64,000 nt of DNA from the sequence record MK250028.1. One strand, written 5' to 3'. Below the pieces are notes generated by a model. The model searched no databases. It was given only the letters and a program-made list of their open reading frames with translations, and was not told where the DNA came from. Below are positions 11,677 to 21,120 of the stretch, piece after piece. How positions within the stretch are numbered: the stretch's first letter is position 1; the number at the start of each line of letters is the position of its first letter. The position numbers and the translations under genes were made by a program.

Positions 11677-12366
11677 TTAAATAAACTTTTTAATATATTT
11701 TAATGTATCATGAATATCTTGAGAAAACTTAAACAATGCTTCCTTTGTTTTAAGATTAATATCTTTATATAGTTGTTCTTTCGTTTCAAACCCTATAGCA
11801 TCATCTGATTTCATCCATGATTTCTGTATAACTGCAGTATGCCTATTACTATCATTAATAGTAATATTATCCCAATTATTACCATATATATTAATTTCTG
11901 TATATACAATAGTTACTCTATTATTAATAATATTTACATCTTCTAACATAATATAAGTATCATTAATATTATAATCAAAACCACATGGTTCTACACCATA
12001 TGTTATATCTTTATAAAAATCATTATCTACTTTTCGCATAACTTTACCAGTATCTAAATAATTATGCTGAATAAAATCACGTAATTCAATATTATATTGA
12101 GATATAAAATTACCGCATGGACATTGTTCAGTCAAAAATATTTGCATATTATATGGTAAATATTTAAAATCTTCATTATTAACATTTAAATAACGACGTT
12201 TTACTAATTTAAATGTATAATCAATATTATTGATATTAATAGTTACTTCTTCCTTTGCACAAAAATCTTGATATGTATGCAACTTATTTAAAAGACGTTT
12301 AAATAATGTAGCAACTCTATCACAACCTAAATCATTTACTGAAATATCATATACTTCAAAATTCAT
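11677..12366 (-). CDS. Hypothetical protein
   Basis: 229-aa ORF below a class I promoter. Confidence 0.7.
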   Translation of the reverse strand: MNFEVYDISVNDLGCDRVATLFKRLLNKLHTYQDFCAKEEVTININNIDYTFKLVKRRYLNVNNEDFKYLPYNMQIFLTEQCPCGNFISQYNIELRDFIQHNYLDTGKVMRKVDNDFYKDITYGVEPCGFDYNINDTYIMLEDVNIINNRVTIVYTEINIYGNNWDNITINDSNRHTAVIQKSWMKSDDAIGFETKEQLYKDINLKTKEALFKFSQDIHDTLKYIKKFI

Positions 12367-12400
12367 AGTTATATTATTTTTTAATTAAACATTCTATTAA

Positions 12401-12412
12401 TACAAAGATACA
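12401..12412 (-). promoter_or_regulatory. Class I promoter TGTATCTTTGTA
   Basis: Identical 12-mer. Confidence 0.75.
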
Positions 12413-12484
12413 TAAAATTATTAAAAATAAAAAATAGTAATTAAGAAAACTAATATTAAATTTCTTAATTACTATATATTTTAA

Positions 12485-12691
12485 TTACTTTGATGACGAG
12501 CTAGATGATGATGGAAATAATAATTTAGCAACTGTCATCAAACACAATGCATGAATATATGTAATTGTTGGTAAACCAAATAAATATGGCATAACATAAT
12601 TCCAACAAATCATAAATATAATTGCACCTAAAATAATAAATATAATTGCAACTAAAATAGTTACAATTGATGTCCATATAAAAGTTTTCAT
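12485..12691 (-). CDS. Small membrane protein
   Basis: 68 aa with two hydrophobic segments. Confidence 0.65.
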   Translation of the reverse strand: MKTFIWTSIVTILVAIIFIILGAIIFMICWNYVMPYLFGLPTITYIHALCLMTVAKLLFPSSSSSSSK

Positions 12692-12787
12692 ATAATTTAT
12701 TTACTTGTAATTAATGCAAATAGAATATTTGATAATACATTAAATCTAAACTTCTTTTTTGCATATCTACCTTTATTTTTTATTTGT

Positions 12788-13012
12788 TCATACTTCATTA
12801 TTTCTATTATTATAATAATTAATCAAATCAACTTTCATTTCTTTATTAAATTGATTATTTCTTTTTCTATTTCTAATAACTCTATCTTCTGCTATTTCAC
12901 AATTATAACGTTTCCATTTATTTAAAATAGAACGTCTATACTTTGGTTTAATTTTATCTTTATTATCATGCATATAATCATATACAGCTTGTTCTTTAAA
13001 ATTATTACTCAT
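12788..13012 (-). CDS. Hypothetical protein
   Basis: 74-aa basic ORF. Confidence 0.6.
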   Translation of the reverse strand: MSNNFKEQAVYDYMHDNKDKIKPKYRRSILNKWKRYNCEIAEDRVIRNRKRNNQFNKEMKVDLINYYNNRNNEV

Positions 13013-13049
13013 AGTATATTTTATAAAGATATTTTATTTTCAAAATAAT

Positions 13050-13890
13050 AAAAAATAAACATCAAAATTGTGGTTCTAAATCTTACTGCTACTTACTAAG
13101 ACTACAATTTTGATGTTTATAAAAGCAATCATTCATTATCCTGCAGCATCCATATTAGTATAAGTTTCATTGCAATAGAACTTTACAACTATAGTGATAA
13201 TCCACTTATACATTCTTTTACTCTAAAGTCTTTTATATAACTTTATCATACATAATATATGTACTGTCCATCAATAAAAGGTTCTTTATTTCATCATGGT
13301 TTTATATCGTATAAACAACCCTCTGTATATCACTGATTCATTTCTTTACATTTAGAAATCAGAGTCTTTAAGCCTCAACGTTTGGCTGTAACTATTATCC
13401 TCAACCATTACCAGATAATGTCATCTTGTTTTTGTGGTGCATCTCACATACCTCCTTTAATCATAAAACAAGCAAAACTACTAAGACAAATAACGTTTCT
13501 TAGAACTTCTACGAATTTACGCTCATATCAAATCATCATCTGATATAGACACCTAAATTAAGTGAATAAAGTTTACGACTCAATATAAAATTTTATATCT
13601 CAACCTTTATCAAAAACGATTCATTAAATTCTTTTAAGGAACTTATTTCTAATTAAATGAAGGATTCATTTAAAATAGGTTCTCCCGAAAACATGCGGTT
13701 TATCCTTACTCATTATAATTATAATAAGCGTTGTTTATAGCACTCATTAGAATTCATTATGTATTATCTAACTCTCATTTATAATATTCATAATTTATAT
13801 GATATTAAAAGCAAAATGTCTAATATCATATTATAAATTATTTGTCTCGTTAGATATTATCAAAATTTCAAAGAACTCTTCATTGTTATT
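13050..13890 (-). ncRNA. Candidate large structured ncRNA A (~0.85 kb, family unassigned)
   Basis: No track ORF lies within it. Own class I promoter (13901-13912), many stem-loops, and a terminal 17-bp helix (13055-13071/13104-13120) followed by a U-run. Confidence 0.55.
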
Positions 13891-13900
13891 TTATTAACAA

Positions 13901-13912
13901 TACAAAGATACA
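13901..13912 (-). promoter_or_regulatory. Class I promoter TGTATCTTTGTA driving candidate ncRNA A
   Basis: Identical 12-mer. Confidence 0.75.
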
Positions 13913-13963
13913 CATTCTTTTTTAATAAAAAAAATATTCTAAGAAAAAATTAAAAATATTTTT

Positions 13964-14764
13964 TTATCTTACAAAACATGTTGCATATCCATGTTCAACC
14001 TTAATAAATAATACTTCACCATTTAACCACAATTTATCAAATGGTGTTTTATCACCATTTTCTTGCATATCTTTATGTTCATCAATAGCATATTTCTCAA
14101 TGTCATCAATACTACCTTTATAATAATTCTTTATGTTATCAGATTCAAGATATGCAATTCGCGACTTACATTCGTCAAGAAGTTCTTCAAATACAGGAAC
14201 AGATTTATTACAAAATCTGTCATACTCATTCTGAAAATTAATATTAGATGAACAAATACCATTTGTAATAATACGAGATACATTTTCAAGTTTCTCTAGA
14301 TTATCAAGGTCTACATAAAAATCATCGCATGTAATATCATTATCTTTATACATCACTATAGTATGAATTTTTGCATTCCATAATTCACACCATTTATTTG
14401 CTCCATCCTCTACAAGTTGTCCAAAATCATTATCATGAAAATCAAACATAATCATGAAATTCTTATCAACTGTAATATCATTGGTTTCATATGGATCACC
14501 TTTATACTTATGTCCATCATAAAGGCCTGTAAGATATGAAGAACGGCTTATCCTTAAAATCTCTTTCAAACAAAAATCCTTAATTTTTTTATATTCTTCG
14601 TCATTTAGATTATCTGTTCCATCAAGTAAATCTAATACTGAGTCATAATATTTTTCTTCATTTTTTACATAGTCATAAGACATATCTACAAATGGCTTGC
14701 CGAACATACGAATTTCAGATTTATTCATATCTTCTTGCATCTTCTTAAGATCTATTTCTTTCAT
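13964..14764 (-). CDS. Hypothetical protein
   Basis: 266-aa ORF. Confidence 0.75.
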   Translation of the reverse strand: MKEIDLKKMQEDMNKSEIRMFGKPFVDMSYDYVKNEEKYYDSVLDLLDGTDNLNDEEYKKIKDFCLKEILRISRSSYLTGLYDGHKYKGDPYETNDITVDKNFMIMFDFHDNDFGQLVEDGANKWCELWNAKIHTIVMYKDNDITCDDFYVDLDNLEKLENVSRIITNGICSSNINFQNEYDRFCNKSVPVFEELLDECKSRIAYLESDNIKNYYKGSIDDIEKYAIDEHKDMQENGDKTPFDKLWLNGEVLFIKVEHGYATCFVR

Positions 14765-14777
14765 ATTTCTTAATTAT

Positions 14778-15713
14778 TTACATTGTTCCATCATTAGGTT
14801 GCAAACACATAATTCCATGCTCTCGCCACATCTTAACCACTTTAGAAGAATCTTCCAATACAAACAATACATTATAATAAGGTTCAATATATTCCTTATA
14901 TAAATTATATTTACAATCTGGACCCTTTGTAAAATTCTTCAAAGGTCTCATTAACACCTTATCAACATTACCAATAAGGTTATTCTTCAACCAATCTTCT
15001 GTTGCATGTCTAATATCGTCTGTATCTTCTCTACCTGTCAATATAATAACATCCACTGATTTATCGGCAATATATGTATTAACAAGTTGGCAAAGTTGCT
15101 TACATGGTTTATCATCCCTCATGCTATCAGCAGCACCATTACCATAAAATGGCCGACCTTGAAGATTAAAACAAAGTGTAGCATCCATATCTACAAGAAT
15201 ACAATTCTTCTTCGTTTCATCAAACTTCTTAAAGCTATTATATTGCTTATTATTAAGTTGTGTAGCAATAAAGTTTCTATATCGCCTATAAGTAGATTTG
15301 ATAACGGATTCACCTATAGGATTAGATCTAAATGAATCTCTTCTAATACATTCCTCTACCGATACATCAAAGAAATCCTTAAATTCCAATGTATAATGAT
15401 ACTCATTATGTGTCTCATTATACTTATCAATTCTATCTTGCATTTCTTTCCATCCCTTTGGATTCAGGTTCATATTATCCATAATGATATTCCAACCTTT
15501 TTTCATAGGTGATTTAAAAAATGCATCTGTCATATCTTTAATAACAGAAAGTTTCTCACGTGATTCTACCCAATACTCACCGAACATGTTTCTAAGAGAA
15601 TCCCAATTAATTCTAATTCTCTCAGTTGGTTTTTCCTTTACCCAATGTTCAGCGAATGTAGACTTACCAGACGCTTGAATACCTCTTGTCAATATAATTA
15701 CCCTTTCTTTCAT
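14778..15713 (-). CDS. pseT: Polynucleotide 5'-kinase/3'-phosphatase (T4 PseT-like)
   Basis: N-terminal P-loop GIQASGKST and DSLR; C-terminal HAD motif LVDMDATL, LTGRE, FVLED. Confidence 0.9.
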   Translation of the reverse strand: MKERVIILTRGIQASGKSTFAEHWVKEKPTERIRINWDSLRNMFGEYWVESREKLSVIKDMTDAFFKSPMKKGWNIIMDNMNLNPKGWKEMQDRIDKYNETHNEYHYTLEFKDFFDVSVEECIRRDSFRSNPIGESVIKSTYRRYRNFIATQLNNKQYNSFKKFDETKKNCILVDMDATLCFNLQGRPFYGNGAADSMRDDKPCKQLCQLVNTYIADKSVDVIILTGREDTDDIRHATEDWLKNNLIGNVDKVLMRPLKNFTKGPDCKYNLYKEYIEPYYNVLFVLEDSSKVVKMWREHGIMCLQPNDGTM

Positions 15714-15731
15714 TATTACTAATTAATATAA

Positions 15732-16268
15732 TTAAAATTCTATTCCAATACCTGCATACCAACTATATCTTGTTGCTGTCACTTGAATATTAAAATGTTT
15801 CATATTAAATACAACTGCTCCACCATAATCAAAATCTTTAATTTGATCATCAACATTAAATTTATTATGAATACCATTACTATCTGTATGCCAATTATAT
15901 CCATCTGTTGTACCAGTTGCATCATATGCATAACCAACCATAGGAATAACTCGCAACCATTTTGTTATAGGTACCTGATAACCAACATGAAATGTTAACG
16001 CTTTATCATCATCCCATGTATCTACTCTAACATCACTTCCATGTGAACTTGGCCAACCACCAAAATCTGCATATACACCATAGATCGTAGTAGACATTAA
16101 TATTTGTTGAAGTCCTAAATCATCTGAACATCCAATTCCACCAAAATGAAATCCAAAATTAATTTTTGTATTTGTTTCTTTGAAAATTTCTTTATAATTA
16201 TTAGCATTTACAGTATTAATACTCATAAATGTAAACATCATAATTAGTGTAAAAATAATTTTCTTCAT
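15732..16268 (-). CDS. Outer-membrane beta-barrel-like protein
   Basis: Signal peptide (MKKIIFTLIMM...VNA), alternating beta-strand pattern, terminal YAGIGIEF (BAM-type terminal Phe). Confidence 0.65.
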   Translation of the reverse strand: MKKIIFTLIMMFTFMSINTVNANNYKEIFKETNTKINFGFHFGGIGCSDDLGLQQILMSTTIYGVYADFGGWPSSHGSDVRVDTWDDDKALTFHVGYQVPITKWLRVIPMVGYAYDATGTTDGYNWHTDSNGIHNKFNVDDQIKDFDYGGAVVFNMKHFNIQVTATRYSWYAGIGIEF

Positions 16269-16311
16269 AATTTATATCTTTTAATTGTTTATTATTCTAT
16301 TTAATTAACAA

Positions 16312-16323
16312 TACAAAGATACA
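16312..16323 (-). promoter_or_regulatory. Class I promoter TGTATCTTTGTA
   Basis: Identical 12-mer. Confidence 0.75.
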
Positions 16324-16463
16324 TAATTTTTAGGAAAATAAAAAATTAATTATTATCAAATACTATATTTTCAACAAAATTAAGTTTCTTATAATTTCTA
16401 TTCTTTGAATACTTATCGATTATTTTTAAAAAATCGACCATAAATCTATAATCAAATTCTGGT

Positions 16464-16682
16464 TTATTCATCTTTTAACATCATTGCAAGAATAACAGAT
16501 TTCATACATGTCATATATCCTTTAAGATACATATCTTTCAACATCAACCAAATTCTTTCAAATTCATCTGGTATCTTTTCACTTGTATCATCAGATATAT
16601 TAGAGACACCGACAATAGTTTTAAGTTCTCGACGTGCTTGATAATCCGCCATTGCATTTAATTTATTCTTATTAAATTCCAT
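16464..16682 (-). CDS. Hypothetical protein
   Basis: 72-aa ORF. Confidence 0.6.
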   Translation of the reverse strand: MEFNKNKLNAMADYQARRELKTIVGVSNISDDTSEKIPDEFERIWLMLKDMYLKGYMTCMKSVILAMMLKDE

Positions 16683-16685
16683 ATT

Positions 16686-17315
16686 TTATTTGGATTTTAG
16701 TCCCAAACAATATTCTTTATTAATTTTATCAATAAAAGAATTAATTCTAATTCTTAGTAATTCTGATTCTTCTTCAAATTCCTTAATTTTATCAATGTCT
16801 TTTTTAATATCATCTATATTATGATTTAACAAATATTCATACGTATTAGGTTTAGATACTTTAAAATAATAAATATCTTCATTCATAATATTATTATGAT
16901 TTAAAGCGCATGATAAATGATAAGATTCCTCATTTGCAGATGAACCATGATAACCATATCCATCACTTTCAAAATATATACATAATGGTCCATAACTATA
17001 ATGTCCACCTGGATATACAGTTGTTCTTAATGAGTTAATATGAAATGATTTACATATATTATATTTCTTATCTAAATAATCATTCAATAACTTATTAATA
17101 CTCATCATTTGAAGGTCTAATAATCTATCTAAATTTATATCATTATTCTTACTTATATATACACTGGAAACTTCTTTTACAACTGAGTCAATATCTAATT
17201 CATAATTCTCGTCTGTATATAAATGAAGAATACAAAGAAATAATCTATGTATATATTCTTTCTTATCGTAATTTATATATGCAGTTTTTAATTTTTCTAC
17301 ATAATCATCTGTCAC
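16686..17315 (-). CDS. Hypothetical protein
   Basis: 209-aa ORF. Confidence 0.65.
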   Translation of the reverse strand: MTDDYVEKLKTAYINYDKKEYIHRLFLCILHLYTDENYELDIDSVVKEVSSVYISKNNDINLDRLLDLQMMSINKLLNDYLDKKYNICKSFHINSLRTTVYPGGHYSYGPLCIYFESDGYGYHGSSANEESYHLSCALNHNNIMNEDIYYFKVSKPNTYEYLLNHNIDDIKKDIDKIKEFEEESELLRIRINSFIDKINKEYCLGLKSK

Positions 17316-17377
17316 CTTCTTATTGATGTTATATTCGATATTCTTTATAAATTCTTTTTGCTCATTCTATGTCATAA

Positions 17378-17575
17378 TCATTGCTCTTTTATTTTTCTTA
17401 AAATAAATTTAGGTTCTTGATAATAAAAATAATCTATTGTTTTATCATCTATAATGTTCAAATTATATAATGCTTGTGAAAACCTAATATCCTTATATGT
17501 CGTAAGATACTTCTTTAATATATCTAATATTTCCATATTAGCATTGTATCTCTCAAATGTTTCTTTAGCTTCCAT
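17378..17575 (-). CDS. Hypothetical protein
   Basis: 65-aa ORF coupled to the upstream gene. Confidence 0.6.
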   Translation of the reverse strand: MEAKETFERYNANMEILDILKKYLTTYKDIRFSQALYNLNIIDDKTIDYFYYQEPKFILRKIKEQ

Positions 17576-17973
17576 TAGAATAACGGATTAATTTTTATCT
17601 CGTTTGTTTTACTATATTCTTGTACATCTAAATTCAATGTTTCATTTAGCCAATCAGCAATTAAATGTCTGTGACAAAATTCATCTGGTTTTTCAAAACA
17701 ACATAAAGCACAATCTTTATTACCTGTTATAAACTTTAATCTATCTATAAATAAAGTTGGTTCTTTAAATATAGATAAAACTTCAGCTTTATATCGTTTT
17801 CTAAACTCTTGATGATTGCTTCTACAATTATTCAATATATCTGGTGTAGGTGCGATACTTGCTAAGTTAACCCCTTTGAAATCATTTGGCGGATAACAAC
17901 ACACACCTATAGGAATAATATTATTCTTTATAAGATTATTAATATTACCAAAATAGCTTGTATATATTTTCAT
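17575..17973 (-). CDS. DUF488-like protein
   Basis: KIYTSYFG, LAP-like IAPT and ALCCFEKPDEFCHRHLIADWL motifs. Confidence 0.7.
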   Translation of the reverse strand: MKIYTSYFGNINNLIKNNIIPIGVCCYPPNDFKGVNLASIAPTPDILNNCRSNHQEFRKRYKAEVLSIFKEPTLFIDRLKFITGNKDCALCCFEKPDEFCHRHLIADWLNETLNLDVQEYSKTNEIKINPLF

Positions 17974-18182
17974 ACACGAAATAAACTATATATTTCATTA
18001 TAAGTTTCTTTTGATATTGGATATGATACTATATTACAATATTCTCCGAAATTCTGATCAACATCTACCATATAACCTTGTTTATATGTATCATAATAGC
18101 ATCTTACTATATGTGAAACATTAACTAAACCTGAAGATGTATCAATAAATTTATTATAATTTTTATTTTTTAACTTAATCAT
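17970..18182 (-). CDS. Hypothetical protein (70 aa)
   Basis: Likely start MIKLKNK at 18182. The longer track ORF runs antisense to the T5orf172-like gene. Confidence 0.5.
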   Translation of the reverse strand: MIKLKNKNYNKFIDTSSGLVNVSHIVRCYYDTYKQGYMVDVDQNFGEYCNIVSYPISKETYNEIYSLFRV

Positions 18183-18241
18183 AATACTAAAACTATATAA
18201 CTTAATGTTTATATAATATATAAATGTTTTTGTTTTATTTA

Positions 18242-18565
18242 ATGGGAGGTTTTGTTTATTTAATTTGCGATCCTGAATAGAATTGTTATAAAATAGGTGT
18301 AACAAGGAATATAGCATAGAATAGATTAAAGTAGTTATAGACTGGTAACTCATCAAAATTACATATGGTTTCAAATATATATTGTGAATATCCTTTTAGA
18401 CTTGAAACAATGTTACATAATAAATTCAATCATAAACGTGCAAATGGTGAATGGTTCTATTTAGAATAGGAAGATATAAGTAATTTTAAAACTATATGTG
18501 AAGAAACAATATAGATGATTAATGTAATGAAAGATAATCCATTCTTTAGTAAAGATTTAAAATGA
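18242..18565 (+). CDS. T5orf172/MUG113-like GIY-YIG-superfamily protein (107 aa, code 15)
   Basis: FVYLI...YKIGVT...RLKQLQTGN...LETMLH...NGEWF. Six TAG codons, including both Gln of KQLQTGN. Missed by the track. Confidence 0.8.
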
Positions 18566-18567
18566 AT

Positions 18568-18605
18568 AAAGGTGATATAAGAATAATAAAACTTATATCG
18601 CCTTT
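18568..18605. terminator. Bidirectional intrinsic terminator
   Basis: 14-bp stem between convergent genes. Confidence 0.75.
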
Positions 18606-18609
18606 ATTT

Positions 18610-18885
18610 TTAATTATCTTTCTTTTCTAATTCCTTATTAATATAATCCATATCTTCATCTGTTAAATCGCCAAATAATGTGAATAAATCTTTATTAATA
18701 AGTCCATATCTCATAAGATATGCTAATGTCATTCTTACAGCATAATCTGCAATATCATAAGTTGTTGTAACTTCTAAATTTTGTAAATCTGGATTATTAC
18801 CAACTACATTAGAAACTTTATCAACAATCTTATCACATGTTTTTTTCATTGAATTTAATTCATTATTTGTTAATTTGGTACTCAT
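18610..18885 (-). CDS. Hypothetical protein (91 aa)
   Basis: Likely start MSTKLTNNE at 18885; the track's upstream extension overlaps a terminator. Confidence 0.6.
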   Translation of the reverse strand: MSTKLTNNELNSMKKTCDKIVDKVSNVVGNNPDLQNLEVTTTYDIADYAVRMTLAYLMRYGLINKDLFTLFGDLTDEDMDYINKELEKKDN

Positions 18886-18942
18886 AATATCATTAAATAA
18901 TTTAATTATTATATTACAACGATATGCATAAAGTTTAGAAAT

Positions 18943-18983
18943 AAAAAATGAGTTATTAGACTTATGCACAATCTAATAACTCA
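18943..18983 (-). terminator. Intrinsic terminator closing candidate ncRNA B
   Basis: 12-bp perfect stem tgagttattaga/tctaataactca followed by T6 on the minus strand. Confidence 0.75.
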
Positions 18984-20050
18984 CAAACACTTTATTCTAA
19001 ATTTATTATATTTACATCTTATTTAAAGATGTCCCTCATGTTGTTATTTGTACGAACATAAGTTTCTGCCTCTTATGATTCACTTTAACGTTTGCCCGTT
19101 ATATAATGAATGTTCATACTGAACTTCGTTATGTCCATAAGGACAAATGGCTGAGAACTTGACCAACACCGACTCTCAATGCTGTAACGTTGGAGTTACA
19201 TGTTCACACAACTCTTATTTCTAAGAGGTTGAGAGCATACCCACGACTTTTGTAAAAAATCGTAAACTCTTACTTGATAGGTTTCATAGAAATTCATTTC
19301 ATACCAACTTCCTTGGAAGGATTCAATGTGTCCCCACATTTAGCACGATACTACTCTTACTATTCTCATGTCTTTCCTTGCGGTACTCGAATCATGTCTA
19401 CATATTACAGTAGAATAAGGGTATTTTAACCACCAAGTGTCGCACACTTTTGCTTATACATAATTATATGTTAAATAAAATAATTTCCAATATTATTATT
19501 CTTATTATATATTCTTTAGACTTGAAAGACGAGGTGCGACCAATAGCATTTCTTCCTTTTGAGAAGAACCCACTAAATCGCCTTTCTGAAATTTCGTTAC
19601 ACCAATGTAACCATATTTCTACTCTTATAACTTACCTATTGTTTTTCAATAGTAATCTTACCATTTCTGAAACAAGTTACCAGCTTGTATAAATTATTTG
19701 GTTTATAATTTATATAAGATTCATTATAACAATTAATATTAGCACTGGGAATTGGTATTCCGATCACTAAATATCCATAAACTTAAACTCCTATTGTATT
19801 ACTACTCACATCAGTTGTCTATCAAACTTCCAATGTATATAAACTTCATCTCAGGAATTATCCCATCAATTTCCCATTTATACAAGCACTTACTAAGTTT
19901 GGTTTTCTGTAGAATGCTCATTATTCATAAACATCGATAAACATGTCTACTGTTTACCTTTATCACATCACTGCTTTATCCTTACCCCACCGAAACCATG
20001 GGTTTATATTTCAAAGAACTCATCTTGAATAAAATAAATTCATTCAAATT
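18984..20050 (-). ncRNA. Candidate large structured ncRNA B (~1.1 kb, family unassigned)
   Basis: Own promoter (20059-20087) and terminator. No credible ORF. About 37% GC over 19021-19440 by hand count, visibly above the flanks. Dense hairpins and long-range helices. Confidence 0.7.
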
Positions 20051-20058
20051 TTATACTT

Positions 20059-20087
20059 ATTATATAATCAATAATTTAAAAAGTCTA
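20059..20087 (-). promoter_or_regulatory. Class II promoter TAGACT-N17-TATAAT driving candidate ncRNA B
   Basis: Exact consensus and spacing. Confidence 0.65.
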
Positions 20088-20407
20088 TATTTTAATAGAT
20101 ATATTTCAAAATTTTTATTGTTAACTGTTATTAAAAATATTAAATATTAAAATCTTTTTAAACTTGATTCTAAATTTATATATTAAATTAAATAGAAAGT
20201 CTATATTTCAATACAATATTTTTAAAAAATTATTTTAAACAATATTCTAAATCAAATATAAAGTCGCCTAATAGTTCAATCTTTTTCCTAATAAGTTCTG
20301 ATTCTAAATCAAATTTATGATCTATACAAAAATTTAATTCAATATATAACTTATCTCTATTAGATTTCCATTTATCTATTAATTCTTTCTTTGTTAATTT
20401 TTCCATC

Positions 20408-20908
20408 TTAAAAATTCATTATATTTACACCAGCAATAGAAAGAAATTTTATATTCTTAATAATTTCACATGCTTTATCTTCTGGAAATATAATTTTAAA
20501 ATCATCATAAACATCCATCACTTCTTGCCATTTACATTCATCTCTTGGTGCTTCCATAGAAGTATATATTTTAGCAATAAGCATTCTTTTTTTAAATTGA
20601 TTATAAAACGTACTTCTTGGATACATCCCATGTTCATATCCTCCATTTGGATGATGTCCCATCCAATCAGGTTCAATATAATGACTCCATTTTACTCCTT
20701 CAAAATATAAAGTCTTATCTGGTTTTACACTAATAGAAATACTTTTATTTTTATCTTTTTGATATTCTATAAATTCAAGAAAATTATTTAATGCATCAAG
20801 ATATTTCTCTGCATATTCTGCTTCTTCTTTTTTATCAAAAATATAACTAAAACCAAAAGTATTATCTACAACTTCATATTTTACTTTTGTCTCAATCTTA
20901 TTAATCAT
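20408..20908 (-). CDS. Hypothetical protein (166 aa)
   Basis: Likely start MINKIETK at 20908. Confidence 0.65.
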   Translation of the reverse strand: MINKIETKVKYEVVDNTFGFSYIFDKKEEAEYAEKYLDALNNFLEFIEYQKDKNKSISISVKPDKTLYFEGVKWSHYIEPDWMGHHPNGGYEHGMYPRSTFYNQFKKRMLIAKIYTSMEAPRDECKWQEVMDVYDDFKIIFPEDKACEIIKNIKFLSIAGVNIMNF

Positions 20909-20924
20909 ATTATTATTTTTATAA

Positions 20925-21077
20925 TTAATCATTTTCTCCCCATGGTAATTCACTATCTGGATCTATTACATCACCACCATGATTACCATCTACATTAAAA
21001 CCTGATTGAAAATTACTCATAATATTCATGTCAACAGGAATAACATTAATATTTGGTTTTATATAATTCTTTTTCAT
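20925..21077 (-). CDS. 50-aa Bacteroidota-type MKKxYxKP small peptide
   Basis: MKKNYIKPNINVIPVDMNIMSNFQSGFNVDGNHGGDVIDPDSELPWGEND; below the track length cut-off. Confidence 0.65.
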   Translation of the reverse strand: MKKNYIKPNINVIPVDMNIMSNFQSGFNVDGNHGGDVIDPDSELPWGEND

Positions 21078-21120
21078 ATTAAAATTCTTCAACTCGTTAT
21101 TCAAATAATGTTTTCTAAAA

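Noticed and set aside
19450-19940. Track ORFs 19450..19692 and 19752..19940 (+)
   Set aside because: Non-ATG starts, no motifs, and antisense to the promoter/terminator orientation of the unit
18984-20050. RNA B as RNase P RNA, tmRNA, tRNA cluster or rRNA fragment
   Set aside because: No GAGGAAAGUCC/P4 motif, no T-loop GTTCGA(A/G)TCC or CCA end, and only one short rRNA-like motif; a covariance search is still needed
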